Below are positions 49,101 to 64,000 of a DNA stretch of 64,000 nt, piece after piece (the first letter of the stretch is position 1; each line of letters begins with the position of its first letter). Below the pieces are notes generated by a model that saw only the letters and a program-made list of their open reading frames with translations, made no database searches and had not been told where the DNA came from. Source of the stretch: Ruditapes philippinarum (taxonomy: Eukaryota); contig NW_026852821.1 in assembly GCF_026571515.1 (NCBI RefSeq), positions 186,001-250,000 on the forward strand, given 5' to 3'. A program made the translations under genes and the position numbers.

Positions 49101-52100
49101 CAAATGTATTTTAAACATTAAATTCATGTTCATCATATAAAGCTGAAATTGTAATGGAACCAAATCTCAGAACACAGTCATGATAAACAGATTTATATTT
49201 AATTACAAACAAACCAAACATGGTAAAATTACCAGATATAAATTTAAATCGCAGTAACGTATATTTAAATCAAGTCGAAAAAAACACAACATATTTTGAG
49301 AGGTACATGCATACCAGTTTTGTAGGTAGGGCTTAACAGAAGGATAGTTGTCGCCGATGTTAGATCTTTCAGTTAAAATGTATTGCTTGGCAGGTTATAG
49401 ACTGCTATGTCTTCCGGCTGTTGCACTTTTATATTTTCCCCCATGATCAGGCTCCAATCAACCCGAATCTGCAATTTCTACGTTATGTTGTTGTTTCATT
49501 GCTTCTTCGGATCAACTGTATATTATTATTATTACTATTGTTATTTTTTTCCTTGTTTTTTTCTTAATAAAATGCAGCATTTAATATCGTCATTAACCAA
49601 TATCTGGTATCTGCGATAAGCACTCGATGTTCGCTCTGACGTTGACAGGCGATTAGTTATCCATAAGCGGTAATAAGTAATTAATTATGTCAGCGTTCTG
49701 TCGGCAATTAAGATCTATCATGATAAACGATTAACTACTTATTGATGCTTCTGTTGCTGCTAATGTCCTATCATTGAATACGATAGCATCTTAATCAATA
49801 CTCCTGGCACGAAGCGACACTTAAAGAGAAAAATTGAGGTAAAAAAAAGAATGCCTCTTTATCATAATCATTTAGTTTCCGATGATGATCATATTACATA
49901 CTGGTTGATATAATAATCTAATTATATGATTTACTGCTTTACAAATCAATTACGCGATATAAAAGAATTTAGCACAAAGCAATGCGTTCCTTTTACAACG
50001 ATATATTTCATTTATACAATGGCGTAGATTTGGTTATGAAATTACTGTAGTAAATGGCTGATGATTGGTTGCCCATATGCTTCATTCCGGTGGCGAGGGT
50101 ATATATACCTAACACATACAAATTGAATGAGTTCATTGTCATATATTTATATTTTATTGTATGCTGAGACCTCTGTGTAACTGTCGATACCAGTCGTAAA
50201 AAGAAATTTTGTTCTTTGTGCCATTGGCTTGCAGGAAATAAGATTATACAGTCAGATTACAAATATGGAGATCAACAATTTTCGACTTTCTATTACTTAC
50301 AAAAAAGCAAAGCGCTAATGTCTCAACTTTCTATAAAGAGGATCATTAATAGAAGGAATTTCGTAACAACTTGAATTGCGTTTGTAAAATAGTACAATTA
50401 CAAATGGCATTTCAGGTGTATGTAAACAAATATACATTTACATATCATCAGAATTAGCAGATCTATAACAATACATACTTGCCGCTTATTTTTTTAATGT
50501 TTATATTGCATTTTCGGAAAACAATATATAATTATATAACCATCCAGATTTCGGTGTAAGATGTGCATTATTTGTATTTAATAATAAAATGTATAAGAAT
50601 AAATATCGTGTGTACAACATTCTTGAAAAATAACGAATATCTCAGAATATTATCAAGAGAAAATATTGCTGATAAAACAATGCCAAGGATTCGTTACAAA
50701 AAAAGCAAATGTAGCCATAATATAAATACGTAATTGGATATTACTTTAAATTACAAATAAATATCTTTTGACAATAGTTGGTTACTAACATGGTTACATG
50801 CTTACAATAATTATCCTGAAGCGTCGTTATAATTACTGCTTTAAGATTTATATAAGCCGGCTTTGGCACTCCCAAGGTAATTTTCAACCATATTATGTTT
50901 AAGGTTGAATTGCACTAGTATTAAAATTTTATATTGTAAAGAATACAAAAATGATGTACCATGGAATCAAACCAAAGATAATTCTGCATAGACGCGAGTA
51001 TGTGTATAAATGATATAAGATTTATTAAATTAAATGTAAATGTTCCCATAATTGGACAAACACTTAGGAGTTAACGTGTACCTGTAAATAAAATTCTGAA
51101 AACTGCAAAAAAGAAAACGTATATAATGTATATGGTTTCAAATACATGTTATATTTAAGTTTTGATCTCGATGTATTAAATTAAAAATATGTTCGACCCA
51201 CAATTTCAATAAAAAAAATCAATGACATTTTAATGTTAAAAGTAGCCAACAAATATGATTGCCTGAATCTCAAAATCAATATTCAAGAGAATAACAATAA
51301 TTTTATTGTTCAATACATAAAATTTTTATGACAATAAAATGCCGGTTAAAAAAGTAATAATTTGGAATTCTATAAAATTTGTTTCAAAACATTGAAAAAA
51401 TAAGCTACACAATTTATTTTGCTTTTTTCTAAATTGCGCGTTGACATATATTTTCAAGCATAGCAAGAGGAATGCATAATGCGTGTAGATAAATATTAAT
51501 TCGTGTTTACCTTATTAAAATATTAAACTGCTACACCTTTCATAGATATACTTAGTCAAAATGATAAAATCCGCATGAACGCCTGGTAACTCATAGACGA
51601 AACGTTTTACTAACATTTTGTTTCTTACACAATTTTTCTCACTATGCACATATTTGATTTACTCCATGAAACGGTTTTCTTTATGTCTGTGTATCATATA
51701 AAAACTGAGGTGAACATGCTTAAATTCCAATTTTCTTGCAATTCTTCTACAATTAAAAGGTTTTTGTAATCTGCGTAAATTACTGTTATATTAACCCATT
51801 TGAAAGTAAGATGTGTGTTTTCATGAAATATTTCCGAATAACCATTTCCAACATTATCCTTAGAAAATAAACCCATTTAAAATGATAGTGGTATCATATA
51901 TCCGCAGAACAACCAGGTACAATGCGTTTCGTCTGTGTTTAAAAAAGTTAGGGGAATTATTCCCCTAAGTCAGCACTGTACTGTCACTATCTGTGCATGT
52001 AAAATTGTTGCTGAAAAAGCGCATTGAGGTCGACCCCCGGAAAAAGGACATCTGGAATTTCCTTTTTTATTCTGGAACGCATTTGAGGTGAACATGCTTT

Positions 52101-54079
52101 AATTCCAATTTTCTTGCTTGTCTCTTGTGAATATATATTTTAAATATAATATCTAAATTAGAAAATAATGAAGGGTCCCTGTCCTACTTGTTTTTCAATT
52201 ATTGCCCCAGAAAGTGGGGTTTTGCTCTCTTCGGTCACTTTCAAGAGCAGATTCTGTACGGATTACTATTTTGATAAAAAAATTACTTCGGCTCTAAAAA
52301 TTCAGAAGCACAAGCAATCTAAAATACGCGATGGTAGAGAAATTATTTAGCAATTTGTCAAAGTTTATTTGCAGCTTTATCGTTCCTGTTTCTGAAGATA
52401 GCAGGTACGTAATGTTGCTCAATTCAGCAATCAGATACAAATTGACAATTTCTACAGTAACTGTTAAACAACATATCTGCACATGTACATTTGTTTCTCT
52501 TTTATAAGTTAATATAAAGAAGATGCAGCATCGTTTGTATTCATTTGTCTGACCGTAATTTCAGAAGAAAAGCAGCTAAATTAAATCAATATTTTATGTA
52601 CTCCTATATTGTCAACAGTGCTTAGAAGTGAGAAAATAGCAGTATGTTATAAATTTGTCTGGTTGCATAATAAATGACAAAATAATATTAAGAAAAAGCC
52701 GCATAAAGCATATTTTAAAAGGAAATGAAGACAGTAATCACACACAAGATACAGGCTTTTATCGTACCTAAATTGATAATATATTTGTAGAACATTTGAC
52801 AAATGTACTCCGAGCTTATATGATAAAGTCTGTATAATTCTTAGGAAATAGTCAGTTTTAAATAAATTACAGATATCAACTGAATGGAAGCTGTTATAAA
52901 ATTTAAGATGTTGCTACTTTTTCCAGTTGCCAAGCTGTATAGTTGGTATAATTATGAAACTAATTGTCCATGCTTTCAATGTACTGATTATATTGTACAC
53001 ATAAGTTCAGACAAAAATGTTAACTTTGATGTACGCGCAATGATAATGTATAAGGATAAGGTATTGGTAAGGAGTCCCTCACAGTAAATGTATTGTAACT
53101 GTGCAGACATTTGTGATCCCAAGGGTCCCTCAAACCTCTTCAGACATGTTAAATATTTGCAATAATTTCGATGCCGATGTCTTGTTAACGTTTCTTTGAA
53201 AAAGCGATTTACAAAGTAATCCGAAAGCTACGAGTCAGGTTTCTCAATCTTAATTGGTACTTCCACGACATAGTTATATCCAAATTCACTGACTGTCGCA
53301 TACTTTTAGTTTCTAGGTTGCGGGGATATAACGGACATTTTATATTTCGTCCTGTTTGGAAGATATATGTGTCGTATATATTTTGCTATATGACTCTTTA
53401 TTATTCAACAAAGCCTTGGACAGGTTTTTTTAAAATATTTTAAAGATTGTAGATCTCCTTGAAACGAAATCTAAAACAAAAGTCAATTATATGAGCCCGT
53501 ATAATTTTCTATTTCATGTCTAGGTATTGCCTATCTGATATAAACATGTTTACCTTGTATGTAACTTTATGTAAATATTTCTATCAAATGAAGGTGTACT
53601 AATCAAGTAACACATACGACGAAAAGTGTTCTACATAAATATGTATAAAACATGTGATTATAAAAGTCTGAAGACATATTGCGTGATTATACTTTATATT
53701 GTAATAACTTGAGACACATTCCCGCTAGTCCCTTAATACTAGATATTCAAAGTAGTACGTAATGATGACTTTTATACAGAAAACTGATATTATTATATTT
53801 TGAATAAAATACCTGAATGTGGTTCGCAGTAATAATTTTTTCCCGAAACAACTGTTTAAATCACTTTTTTAGTAAATAAGAACAGTTCATAGAAACTATG
53901 TGTTATAACTCAGTTGCTGGTTTTTTTTTTAAATTTATTCGGCTTATTGCGCATTGATCGTTAACACATAAATATATAAATCATTGAAAGAAATGGTCAA
54001 AACATACCTTTGTTATATATATCAACAATCTGATATTGATTTTGTTTTACGTTGTAAGTCAAAAAAAGTGCATGAAATT

Positions 54080-54240
54080 AATTTGTGTGTCAGGACAACG
54101 AGATAATTATACTGTAAGATGTGCTTATAAAACAATATAGGCATGGTTCAGACGAAACGAAACTACAATTATTATGTCCAAATACTATATGAGCATCATA
54201 GGAAATTACATAATATCTGCTATCTGTGTGGTATAGAAAG
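54080..54240 (+). repeat. Diverged duplicate block (copy at ~58030-58170)
   Basis: ATAAAACAATATAGGCA.GG.TTCAGAC...ACGAAAC..AATTATTAT...ATATGAGCA.CAT.GGAAATT is shared. Confidence 0.75.
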
Positions 54241-55664
54241 ATTAAACTTTTATTTATGCATAAAAGAATCAGTTAAATCATATATCTAGGTTAAAACACA
54301 AAACCTCTGAATTACTTGCATGTTATATTCAAATTTACTTGTTTGAAATTTAACTATTAATCTGTGATATTTTATTGATGGTTTCGTGTAAGATTTGCAT
54401 GATTTTAGAAAAGATTATTCAATTTGTGAAACTTGAACTTGATATTCAAAAAAGTCATAACGATAGTTATTCATTAAATAATAAAAACAAATATATTTAG
54501 ACGCCAGAAAATGTCGTAAACTGCACAATTTAGCAGGGAAAATTGTGTATTAAGGTCAATGACTGAGAACCACGACATAAAATAAGATGTTTCTGAACTT
54601 GTTACTTTATAATATCTGTGAGCAAAGGGAATTTGACCTTATGCATGGAGACAATCAAACGTGTCACACAATTAGCATAAGTATTATTAGATATTCTATA
54701 CATATAAAATATGGTTCCATATTAAGTCGTCATGCTTAATTCGTGTTCTTTATAACAAATTAATTTATCTGTTGATTTTAGCTGTTATTTGAAAAATACA
54801 AACTGAAATCTAGGAATCTCATTGACAATTCTAAAATAAATTTGTTAATATGATTATTCTTTCCGTTCTTAAACACAATTCTAGGAATGGCTCTAAAATA
54901 CTCGTAAATTGAAAATCATATTTCTTGCCATTAAGAAATAAAATGTAAAAGACAATATAGTACTCAATTTCGTTTTTTATCAATAAATTTATAATTACAC
55001 TTACCTTGAAACAATACTATTTATTAGGGGACGAAGGTTATTTTAATGATGAACATATTATATTTTGAAGATGATGCTATTTATGATATTGATATATTTG
55101 ATTTAAAAATAATAAGTGGATACACTGTGATATTTAAAAAATGAAATGAATAGTTAGATATTGTTACAAGTGCAACAGATTAATGTTCATGCTACTGGCC
55201 CTTAATTTTGAGAGGCATGCTTCATACGGACACAATTCGTAAATTTTATTTGTCTGAATTTAAAACAACAAAAACAACAACATCAACAAAAACCACTTAT
55301 CATGTCGTTAGGAACTGAAGACTTGCTTTTATAACGACAATCTAGAAAAAATCACATCTAAATATGATTGCTTTATGTATTTTATTTCAATTATGATTCC
55401 AGAGGCCAGTTGCATTACATCATCAAATCAGAAGTAAATGTATAATATAAGAAGTTCAATGGTACAGAAATAATTCGATAATTAGCAATTTGTACCAGCT
55501 TCAGTTGTTGTAGTTTTATTCTTCTTGATTCATTCCGAAAAAAAGGAGAACATTGTAAAAACTTCATGTAAACTTGATTGTAGTCTTTATCATGATTGTC
55601 TTATCTCATACCTAAACAGACTATCTCTGTTTTTTCTTTTATAGGTTAATGAATAGCAGAGGCA

Positions 55665-55827
55665 CAGGGCTTCCACTATGTTCCAAAATTTGGAAGTCAG
55701 AAACTGCTAAATGTCTGACATTGGAAGTCATGCTATATAGGTAAAGAAGAAAAATCATTATATTCTGGAAGTCACTAGCTTAATTCAGGAGTAATTGACT
55801 CCGAAACTTCCAATAATGGACGCCCTG
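55665..55827. mobile_element. Small MITE, possibly hAT-like, 163 bp
   Basis: Imperfect TIR CAGGGCTTCCA / TGGACGCCCTG, GAGGCA on both flanks, and three internal TGGAAGTCA repeats. Confidence 0.6.
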
Positions 55828-58800
55828 GAGGCATATTATTTGCCTTGTTTATTATTCTAAAATGAAAATGGTGGCTTTAACGGTTTACTAATTGAGGCGA
55901 GGAAGACATTAGGTGCCCCTCTGAACGTTATTTTCATATAAAGAACAACTTAATACAATAACTTTCACATTTTCTTGTAAATTGTCGCCATTGTTTATTA
56001 GAGGCAAGTATGTTAAAGCATGTGACAAATCTGTCTGGCCAGGGTTATAGATTACTTTCTATCAGAAAGTGACATAACATAAATGATACACATGGAAAGA
56101 CGTAAAAAGCATATATTCTTAATAGAAATGATGACAGCTATCAAACAAGATTTAATAGACTTTTAAGGTATCTAATATATTTCAATTTTCTTCTTTGTAA
56201 ATAACCTGTTTCAAATACTCAGGTAATAAATAGATTATGAATGGATGCTGTCACAAATTCAAAATGATAACGTCTTTTATAGTCTTTAATGGTTGAAATA
56301 AATATGTAAATAATCTGCTTTTAATTAAGTAATATTTGTAAGAATCCTGTATTTATCAGATTATTGCATGGTAAAGAATTGATGAACATAAACTGGAAGA
56401 AAAGGGTGTCACTTTGATATGGGGAATGCCGGTATCTTTGCAGGCCATATGGAGCCACCTGTTTCGCCAAGGGATAATTCCGAGTTTTTATGTATGGATA
56501 ATTAGAACTAAATGTAAAAATATACTAAACGAGGAATCGCACGAAAGCGTTCACACAAACGGATTAAAAATGCTTGATTGAATATTTTTTTCCAAGCAAT
56601 AAAATTTGAAAAAGTGCGCTATGATCCATCCCTTTTGACATCATGTTATGGTATTCTTTCAAATGTTAAATTAGTAATGTTTTACTACTTAAATTTGTTT
56701 TGGAGAATAAACCAGAGGAATTAGAGAAAACATTGTATATGTAATCAGTGATTAACTTCAACCAGTGCGAGAGTATAGCTATCTATCCTCAAAACAGTAT
56801 GTCAGCATTGGATATAATTACATGTAAATATAGTTCTAGGAAAATAACGTATTTCTCAGAAAAGATAAAAACTTCAGTTACACAATAGACACAGATAAAC
56901 ACATGGAGACATTCGTGATAAACGTAAAAAAACTGACAAATATTTTGTATGGCCATTCTCTTGATATCATATATTCAAATAGTAAAAAAGAACATGGTTT
57001 TATACGAAAGGATAATGCTGTATACAATTATCGATAGTTGACTTTGGAGCAAACAATTTATGATTTTAGGGAAACGAATTGTTGCACTTTCTCATTATCT
57101 CTTGTGAACAGAACAAATGAAACGGAGAAATTACGTATACTGTTGTGTCCAGTGATTTCGAGGGATCAAGCTTTTTTCAGATTTCTTTTCAAAAAATGTC
57201 CAGAACGGGAATGCTCTGTCAATCCAAACTGTATTTTTATTTTTCTTTCAATTTCGTTTAATTTCATATTTTTTAAAAAATATTTTCCTTTTTCCTTGAA
57301 ATATATCACATACATGTAGTTAACCTTCATGTGTAGTTATCTGAAAAAAAATATCAAGGTTTAAAATAAAAACACCTGGCATGATCCCTCAGTCGTTATC
57401 ACTTTACAATTTCTAAAAAATAATTCCTCTCCGTTTAGCTGATCTGAATCCATCAAATTTAATAATAACTTTAATATCAAGTATTGGTTAGAGAAGAAAA
57501 AAAACTATCTTAAAGTGGTCGATGAATTTTAAAAGCTTGAAAATTGTTAACATTGTGAACAGTTTTAAATATGTTTCATTACTCAAGCTTATTATAAGAA
57601 ATATTATTAGTTATTATCAGAAACGCTTTTAAAGATATACCATGCTCATATTTAAGTAAGATATTTTTTTCCGCAGAAAATAATTGAAATTTATGAACTT
57701 ATTACGGATTATGTCTATTTTGAATAAAAAAAATGCACAAACTATGTATAGAAAGCTGCATTCCCTATAAAAGGTCAAGTAAAGTTGGTCCCTTCTTTCC
57801 AAAAAAAATTTTTTTTAATGACACTATATATTTCGTAGTATGGCCTCCTGTAATGTGTAGAATAAAACACAACACTATTAATTTCTGTGAAATTGTTTAT
57901 TTTACATTTACAAAGAGACGGTGTAGCAATCCTCAATATTTTTAAATACCAAATTTGAGCAAAATGTATCTGAAAACATAACGTCAGAAATATAAAATGT
58001 ACATTTCATACAATTACAATACCAGTTGTTTATTTTGGCAAGACAAAGAACGAACAACACTGTTACGTGTACTCATAAAACAATATAGGCAAGGCTTCAG
58101 ACAGACGAAACATGAATTATTATACATCACTTGAATATGAGCAACATGGGAAATTTATTCAATTTTCGTAGCTGAGATGTTTATGGAATAAAACAAGACA
58201 TCAAAATTAATAATACTTCAAAATAAAGAACTTTTTTTGCATATATGATGTCACGTAAGACAAACGGTCACGGGATTTGCATATGTAGAAAGGCGAAATT
58301 ACTAACAGAACTACTGATTTGAATAAGTGTAGTACATATAGTATGTATGACTTCAGAGTACTCAACTTGTCTAATCGGAAATTTATATTCATAACGTATC
58401 CAAACACATTTATTATATGTAAACAATATCCGAGCTATTTATTAATTAAGAAGTGTTTGCCATTATATTGGCTATTGTATGTGTACAAATAGACAAAATT
58501 CTATATAAAGATCACTGGCTGTAGATCATGGCTGGAATAAACACTTAACACTGCATATCTGAACATATGACAAACAATAAGTTTAAAAAAAATAGTATTG
58601 TGAAAAATGAAGTAAGTAAATATCTTTTCAATTCAAGTAATAATTAACAAGTTATGTGCAATTTAAGTCAAACAGTGCAGTATTTATCACCATGAATTCA
58701 ACTCCATTTCTAACGCAGTAAGGGCTTTTTCACATATTTTTACCTTTAATCGGTAATTTACTTGGATTGAACGTGCCGTTTGCAATGTGTAAATTACCTT

Positions 58801-61800
58801 CTTTGTTCACTTGGCAATATTTTCTTTTTAAATCTTTATGAAATTTAAAATGAATGTGAAAGCGTTCTGCTTTAAGGAAATGAACGTTATCTTAATGCAT
58901 CCGCACAATGTATCGGACTACCAGAATAAATAGTATATGTAACATTTTGCTTTCTGATATTATATACATATAACGTAAAGCCCCATTTTTAACATGTATT
59001 CATATAATTATATTGAATTAGGGCTTTCATTTCTTTTTATCCCTGTTGTATATTCGTAACAAAAGGCAAGTTGTTTGCACGTTTGCAGTAAACATATTCA
59101 CTTTTGAAACTTTGCAGTAATTTCCTTAACTATGTTCGCGCTAACAAGTCATCTATGTCAAGACCCACAAACCATGTAAAATGTTTTCTACTTTTTTTCC
59201 TTGAAATAATTGCTCACTTCCGCCAAATCAAAGCCATCATTTTGCCAGAAACTGTATATATCTTGAATAAATGTGCATGTTATGCACTCACAAATATCAA
59301 AGATGCTGCATTTATGGAAACATGTGGTTTAGATAGATAGTTTAGATGGGCACTATGAAAATCAGATATCTTAGAAAATAGAAGATGTTGTCCTTTAATG
59401 TCTTATATTGCTGAAGAAATGATCTATTTTCGTTTGTAATATATACTAAGAGTTGGCCACTAAACATGCAAGAGGAAAATATTTAAACATGTAAATATAG
59501 ATTGTTTGTGAAAACCAATGTGTATAAGATTTATATTACCTGACTTTATAAAATTTAAAGTCAATTGTGTTCTGTCATTCTTAATGTAGAAAAATAGAGA
59601 AAGATATATGACGTACAAGGGAGAGGTCACTCATGAGCTTTTATAGTTTTCTGACCCATCCCACAATGTATGTTGTAAGTATTGTTCACGTTAAATAAAT
59701 GTTTTTATAAACCAAGAAGTATCTAATGAAAACAATTGTTTTAATGAAAAATAAATATACACATTACATAGAATCCTTAGAGAATGTAAACTTATTACAT
59801 GTACATGCAACCATATATTTGTCTCTTTTAGCGTCTGTTTTTAATAGTTTCAAAATACCTAACCGTGAAATGCATGCTGCAACTGCAAGCAGAAACGACT
59901 GGTCTGTGTTGTTTGATTCCATTTGGGCTGTGTTTTTTATTGTTATCCTTTTAAATTTTGACCAATTTAAAAAGTGTAGTTATTTAAAACATGTTAATTT
60001 TGGTAGTACAATTATGTATGCCATTTTTATAACATAAGGATAATAAGATTCTATAAGATACTATAAGATACTATAATATAAAATTTATCAATTTATTATT
60101 CATTGTTAAGTAGTTTTCACTGTGAAAAGCTCAATTACTTTTTCAAACCACAAATACATTTTATTTGATTTAATGAAAATAAATATTAATCAATCTTTTT
60201 TAAAATTTAATGCGTCACTGCCGTCAGTTGACTGTGCTTTAATTATCATGGTGCATTTTCAAAAAATGTTTGAATATATTTAACCGTTCAAATATAAATA
60301 CCTAGGAAATCATACAGTGTTACAGTTTATTTTCGTTTTTTATAATCATAGTGCATTCATAAGATATATTGTAACCATCTGTAGTATTTCTGTTTATGTT
60401 GAAATGTTTGATCTTTTTGATGACATAAAAATGAAACCGAGTTTGTACACTCCTAGTTGTTCATCTCAGACATGCAATAAATTTGGATAGCTTTATTTTG
60501 CTTATTTTGACTTGGTTTGCATTAATAGCACAAAGCTTTTTTTCACATAAAACATTTGAATTTCTGATTTCATAATTTGCATAATCATATCGTTCTTAAA
60601 TAAATCAGAATTCTTGATGTTTATGAACAGTATGTTAGCTGAATAATCCTTACATAAATCAAATACCCACTTCTGAATGAACAAATTTAATGGTCCTGTC
60701 AACATAAATAATTTTGTTATGTACGTTTAACAAGCTTTGTTTTGCCAATATTTATTTCAAGAAAGTTTGAAGGAATGCCATTATGCTTTTTCGTAAAGTT
60801 TGTAATTTATAAATAACTTAAAATGATTATGTGCAAAAAGTGGTAGCGTCATATTAAAGTGTTTTCATCCTGTCTTCTGAATTCCAAAACCTGGTGTATA
60901 TCTATTTCCTCGTAATACGCGGAGTAGCAATTCAACTCGAAAGATGACGAATGCCATTTCTTATAACGTGTGCCATTTCGACAAGTTGAGTCAGACGTAT
61001 TTCCCGGTCATTTGTCAGCTAACAAGTAAAATAAACGAAATTCAACTCGCGTTGGGCTGTCCAATATATCAATCACATAATATTCAACGGCCTAATTTAT
61101 GGCAAAAGTAATCCAGGTTATCAAATTTGGCGCACATTAAAGTATATCTATCAATTTATGTAATGAAATCATGATTTCATTTCGTCAATTGAATGACAAA
61201 TGTATTATTTCGTCTTGCATTTATTTACAATGTTAGTGTAAAGCGTCCGTTTTCTAAATAAGATCTGAGAAATAAATGAATAATGTTCATAATAATAATG
61301 TAAAAAAAAACAAAAACAAAAAAGAATAGATCGAAAAAGTTGAATCCATAAGGATTTCAGTTATCATGCAATTAAGATTGGTTTCAAACCTTTTTAAAGA
61401 GATTAGACTATCTGACGGTCAGTGATTCCTTAGCAATACAAGCATTTATAGCAAAATGAATACATAGTTAAAATTGTTAAAAAGTACGTTCCATTTATAA
61501 ATACTTTATCTAAATAATATCTGAGATATATAAATAAAAAACATAATTATAAAGAATGAAGGTGACTCCAGTGATATATGTGTCCTTAGCCCTAGGTTAA
61601 ATTACAATTGAGCTTAATGTTAGACCAATTAAAAAAAAACAAATTCTTTGAAGTGCAGACAAAAAACGTATACGATATTAACGGATTAGTAAGATACGAA
61701 ATGATAAGCAGAAAGACAAGAAAGAAAACGATTTGCTTAAGTGCATCATGTTTATAATAGTGGCCAATACAAAGAAGAAAATGATACTAAATTGAGTTTT

Positions 61801-62160
61801 TCTATACACATAAACCCTTTGATTTACTTTTTCAAAAACTTTGAGGGAATGATGATTTGCAAAGATTGTTTACGTCAATCACTCTGACCTGAGATAAGAA
61901 AATGTATGATGATTGAACAAAAGTGTTTTTTATTCTCAAATAATTTTAAGAGAGTTTATCTTGAGCATGTCAAAACAATCAAATACAACATGAAAGGAAC
62001 AACCACCATGTCACTCTGCTGGTACTTTAGCCTCTTTACTCTAGAAATACTTGTTAACAAAATAACATAGTACCTGAACACTTATTACGCTTTCTTTGCA
62101 GAACTACGTTTATTAATAATAGAATTAATAATAGTCATTCATATAAATAACGAAAATTAT

Positions 62161-62260
62161 GTGCTTTAGCTGGTTCTAGCGGTGTAAGAGATGTTGCCAT
62201 GTTACATTTCCCCTCATGGACACACTCAATCAAACCGAGTCTGCAAGTTTCACATAATTA
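62161..62260 (+). mobile_element. Degenerate 3' domain of the short-form structured element
   Basis: GCTTTAGCTGGTTCTAG...CCCCTCATGGACACACTCAATCAAACCGAGTCTGCAA matches the reverse complement of 8109-8192. Confidence 0.75.
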
Positions 62261-62319
62261 AGTTGTATTTTAATTGAAAACAAATTAAATGTTTCTATAA
62301 AATAAAAATAATACTTTGT

Positions 62320-63895
62320 CAATTGCCTCTTTAATAAAATGAATTAACACAGATATTTTTGTTCGTTTTTTTGTTTGCTTGCTTGAAGTTCTTATAGTAT
62401 TGTCGACGAAAGATAATTAGTTCGTATCTCAAATAGATCCACTTTTCTAAAACCGCATCAAAAGATATCATTCAGATATTTTTAATTGTCGTTTCATATC
62501 TGTGTGTGTGTTTTTCTTTTGCAATCTTTGAGCGCAAAATGATTTAAATTTCTGTTATTTTATATATGAACTATTTATATCCCCGGTGATAGATGATTTC
62601 AACTATTTGCCTCGTTATCTACAACAACAGTACAGATAAAAGAGTGAGACAGTGAAACATTGGCATATTGCTTGATCTTCTTCGTTACACTCATCTACTT
62701 TACTTATAATTGTCTCGGTCATGATAACGTGGGGTAATTGATTTCCGGGGAAAGAGACCAGTTATTGCTATAATTTATTGATTGATGAGAAGAACGAAAA
62801 AAAGAAAAAGTGATTTTAAACGCTAGACTTAGTTGATAAAAGGTGAAACACCTCGTAGACTGTTAAAACATTACACAATTCCGTCTGGCAAATTCTAAGC
62901 TCGCACCAAAAAACATATAATTTAGTATTGCAAAGGGCTTTAGTTTATAAAATGAAACTGTTATAGCTAGTTTACGCATAATAACTTGAAATCAGGGCAT
63001 TACGGGCATTACCAAATATGAATTAAATTAATAAAACTTGTAATTCATAGCAATAATTGGTTTAAAGTAAGTTAAAGCTTTATGCTCTTTATTCTTAAAA
63101 ATGTAGTTTGAGTCACATCACTAACCTTTTGCTGTTTGTTTCTGACAACGAGTCGTTGACGGTGAAATGGTAATATTAAATGAATTAAGTTGTACAATAA
63201 AATGAAACATTGGTATCCCTATTATTACCTTGGCATTTATAACTAGCGGTATTTAACAAATTCTAGTTTAAATGATAATTATGCAGTGCTTTTGGAAAGA
63301 CGAAGTTTTTTTCTGAGATACATATATACATATATCATATAATTAATGTACTATGTCGGTATATAAAAACCTTTTAGTTCAAAGCAAAAGGTTGCACATT
63401 TTAGGTTTTATCTTAAAGAATTTTACATTGTGCAAATTACTACATCAGACTTGTTTTCAGTTTACAGGTGAGATTTAAAACATATATTTCAACTATACCA
63501 TCATAGCAAATATAAAAATCGGTGCATCTCTTACGTAAAACAAGACCGAGAGTTTTCTCGGATTTTCAGGTTCAAAGCGTATACATAAAATATTCCTTTT
63601 GCTAAGAATTGAGAAAATATTCATGAATGTGGTTCTTTTTTCCACTCTAACCATTTAAATAATGATATCACAGAAATTAACAACAAAAAAAAATATTTTT
63701 TCTATCCTTTCTATCCTTATTAAATTTTGTAACGTTAGAAAGTAAAACTAAAAATCTAATTTACATAATTATCTTTTTTGCAGATACCGCTTCAGATGGA
63801 GAACAGAGACAAATGAATTCGAATTATTAACTTCATACATGCATGCACAACTAATCGTTTTTATGAATTAAACGTCAAAGTGGTTTAATCAATAG
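62320..63895 (+). repeat. Copy 2 of the dispersed ~1.5-kb duplication
   Basis: Collinear with 35565-37080. Confidence 0.9.
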
Positions 63896-64000
63896 CACTT
63901 GCCAAAACATAACCTTGAATTACAAATCAAGACAATGAGATTTGTTACATGATGACTATAAATGATATATTTTCAGTATAATTATTTGATATGATGTAAC

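Noticed and set aside
51705-52118. 34-bp direct repeat TGAGGTGAACATGCTT.AATTCCAATTTTCTTGC
   Set aside because: The repeat is real, but no element structure could be assigned. Probably a local duplication.
39300-62100. Short ORFs and isolated splice-like signals across 39-62 kb
   Set aside because: Low-complexity AT-rich translations with no domain motifs and no consistent exon chain.

Overview
AT-rich eukaryotic, mostly non-coding DNA. The SINE families and the one recognisable gene suggest a mollusc, probably a bivalve (inference). Nearly all short ORFs in the track look spurious. Supported content: (1) a two-exon secreted 'short-chain collagen C4-like' Cys-rich gene at 31591-33408, disrupted by a frameshift and an in-frame TGA; (2) a decayed Tc1/mariner element, a Kolobok-type TTAA MITE, a small hAT-like MITE and several tRNA-derived SINEs; (3) a diverged tandem duplication across ~5.4-21.4 kb built from recurring non-coding modules, plus a dispersed duplication (35.6-37.1 kb versus 62.3-63.9 kb). 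The most notable observation is a family of about nine copies of an ORF-less element that I cannot assign to a known family. It shows compensatory base-pair changes between a ~283-nt and a ~629-nt form, terminal redundancy or partial-tandem structure, and 5'-truncated and inverted copies. Empty paralogous sites inside the window indicate that it is mobile. It resembles a retrozyme or non-autonomous Penelope-like element, but I found no hammerhead core. Alignments and folds were done by eye, so boundaries of degenerate copies are approximate.
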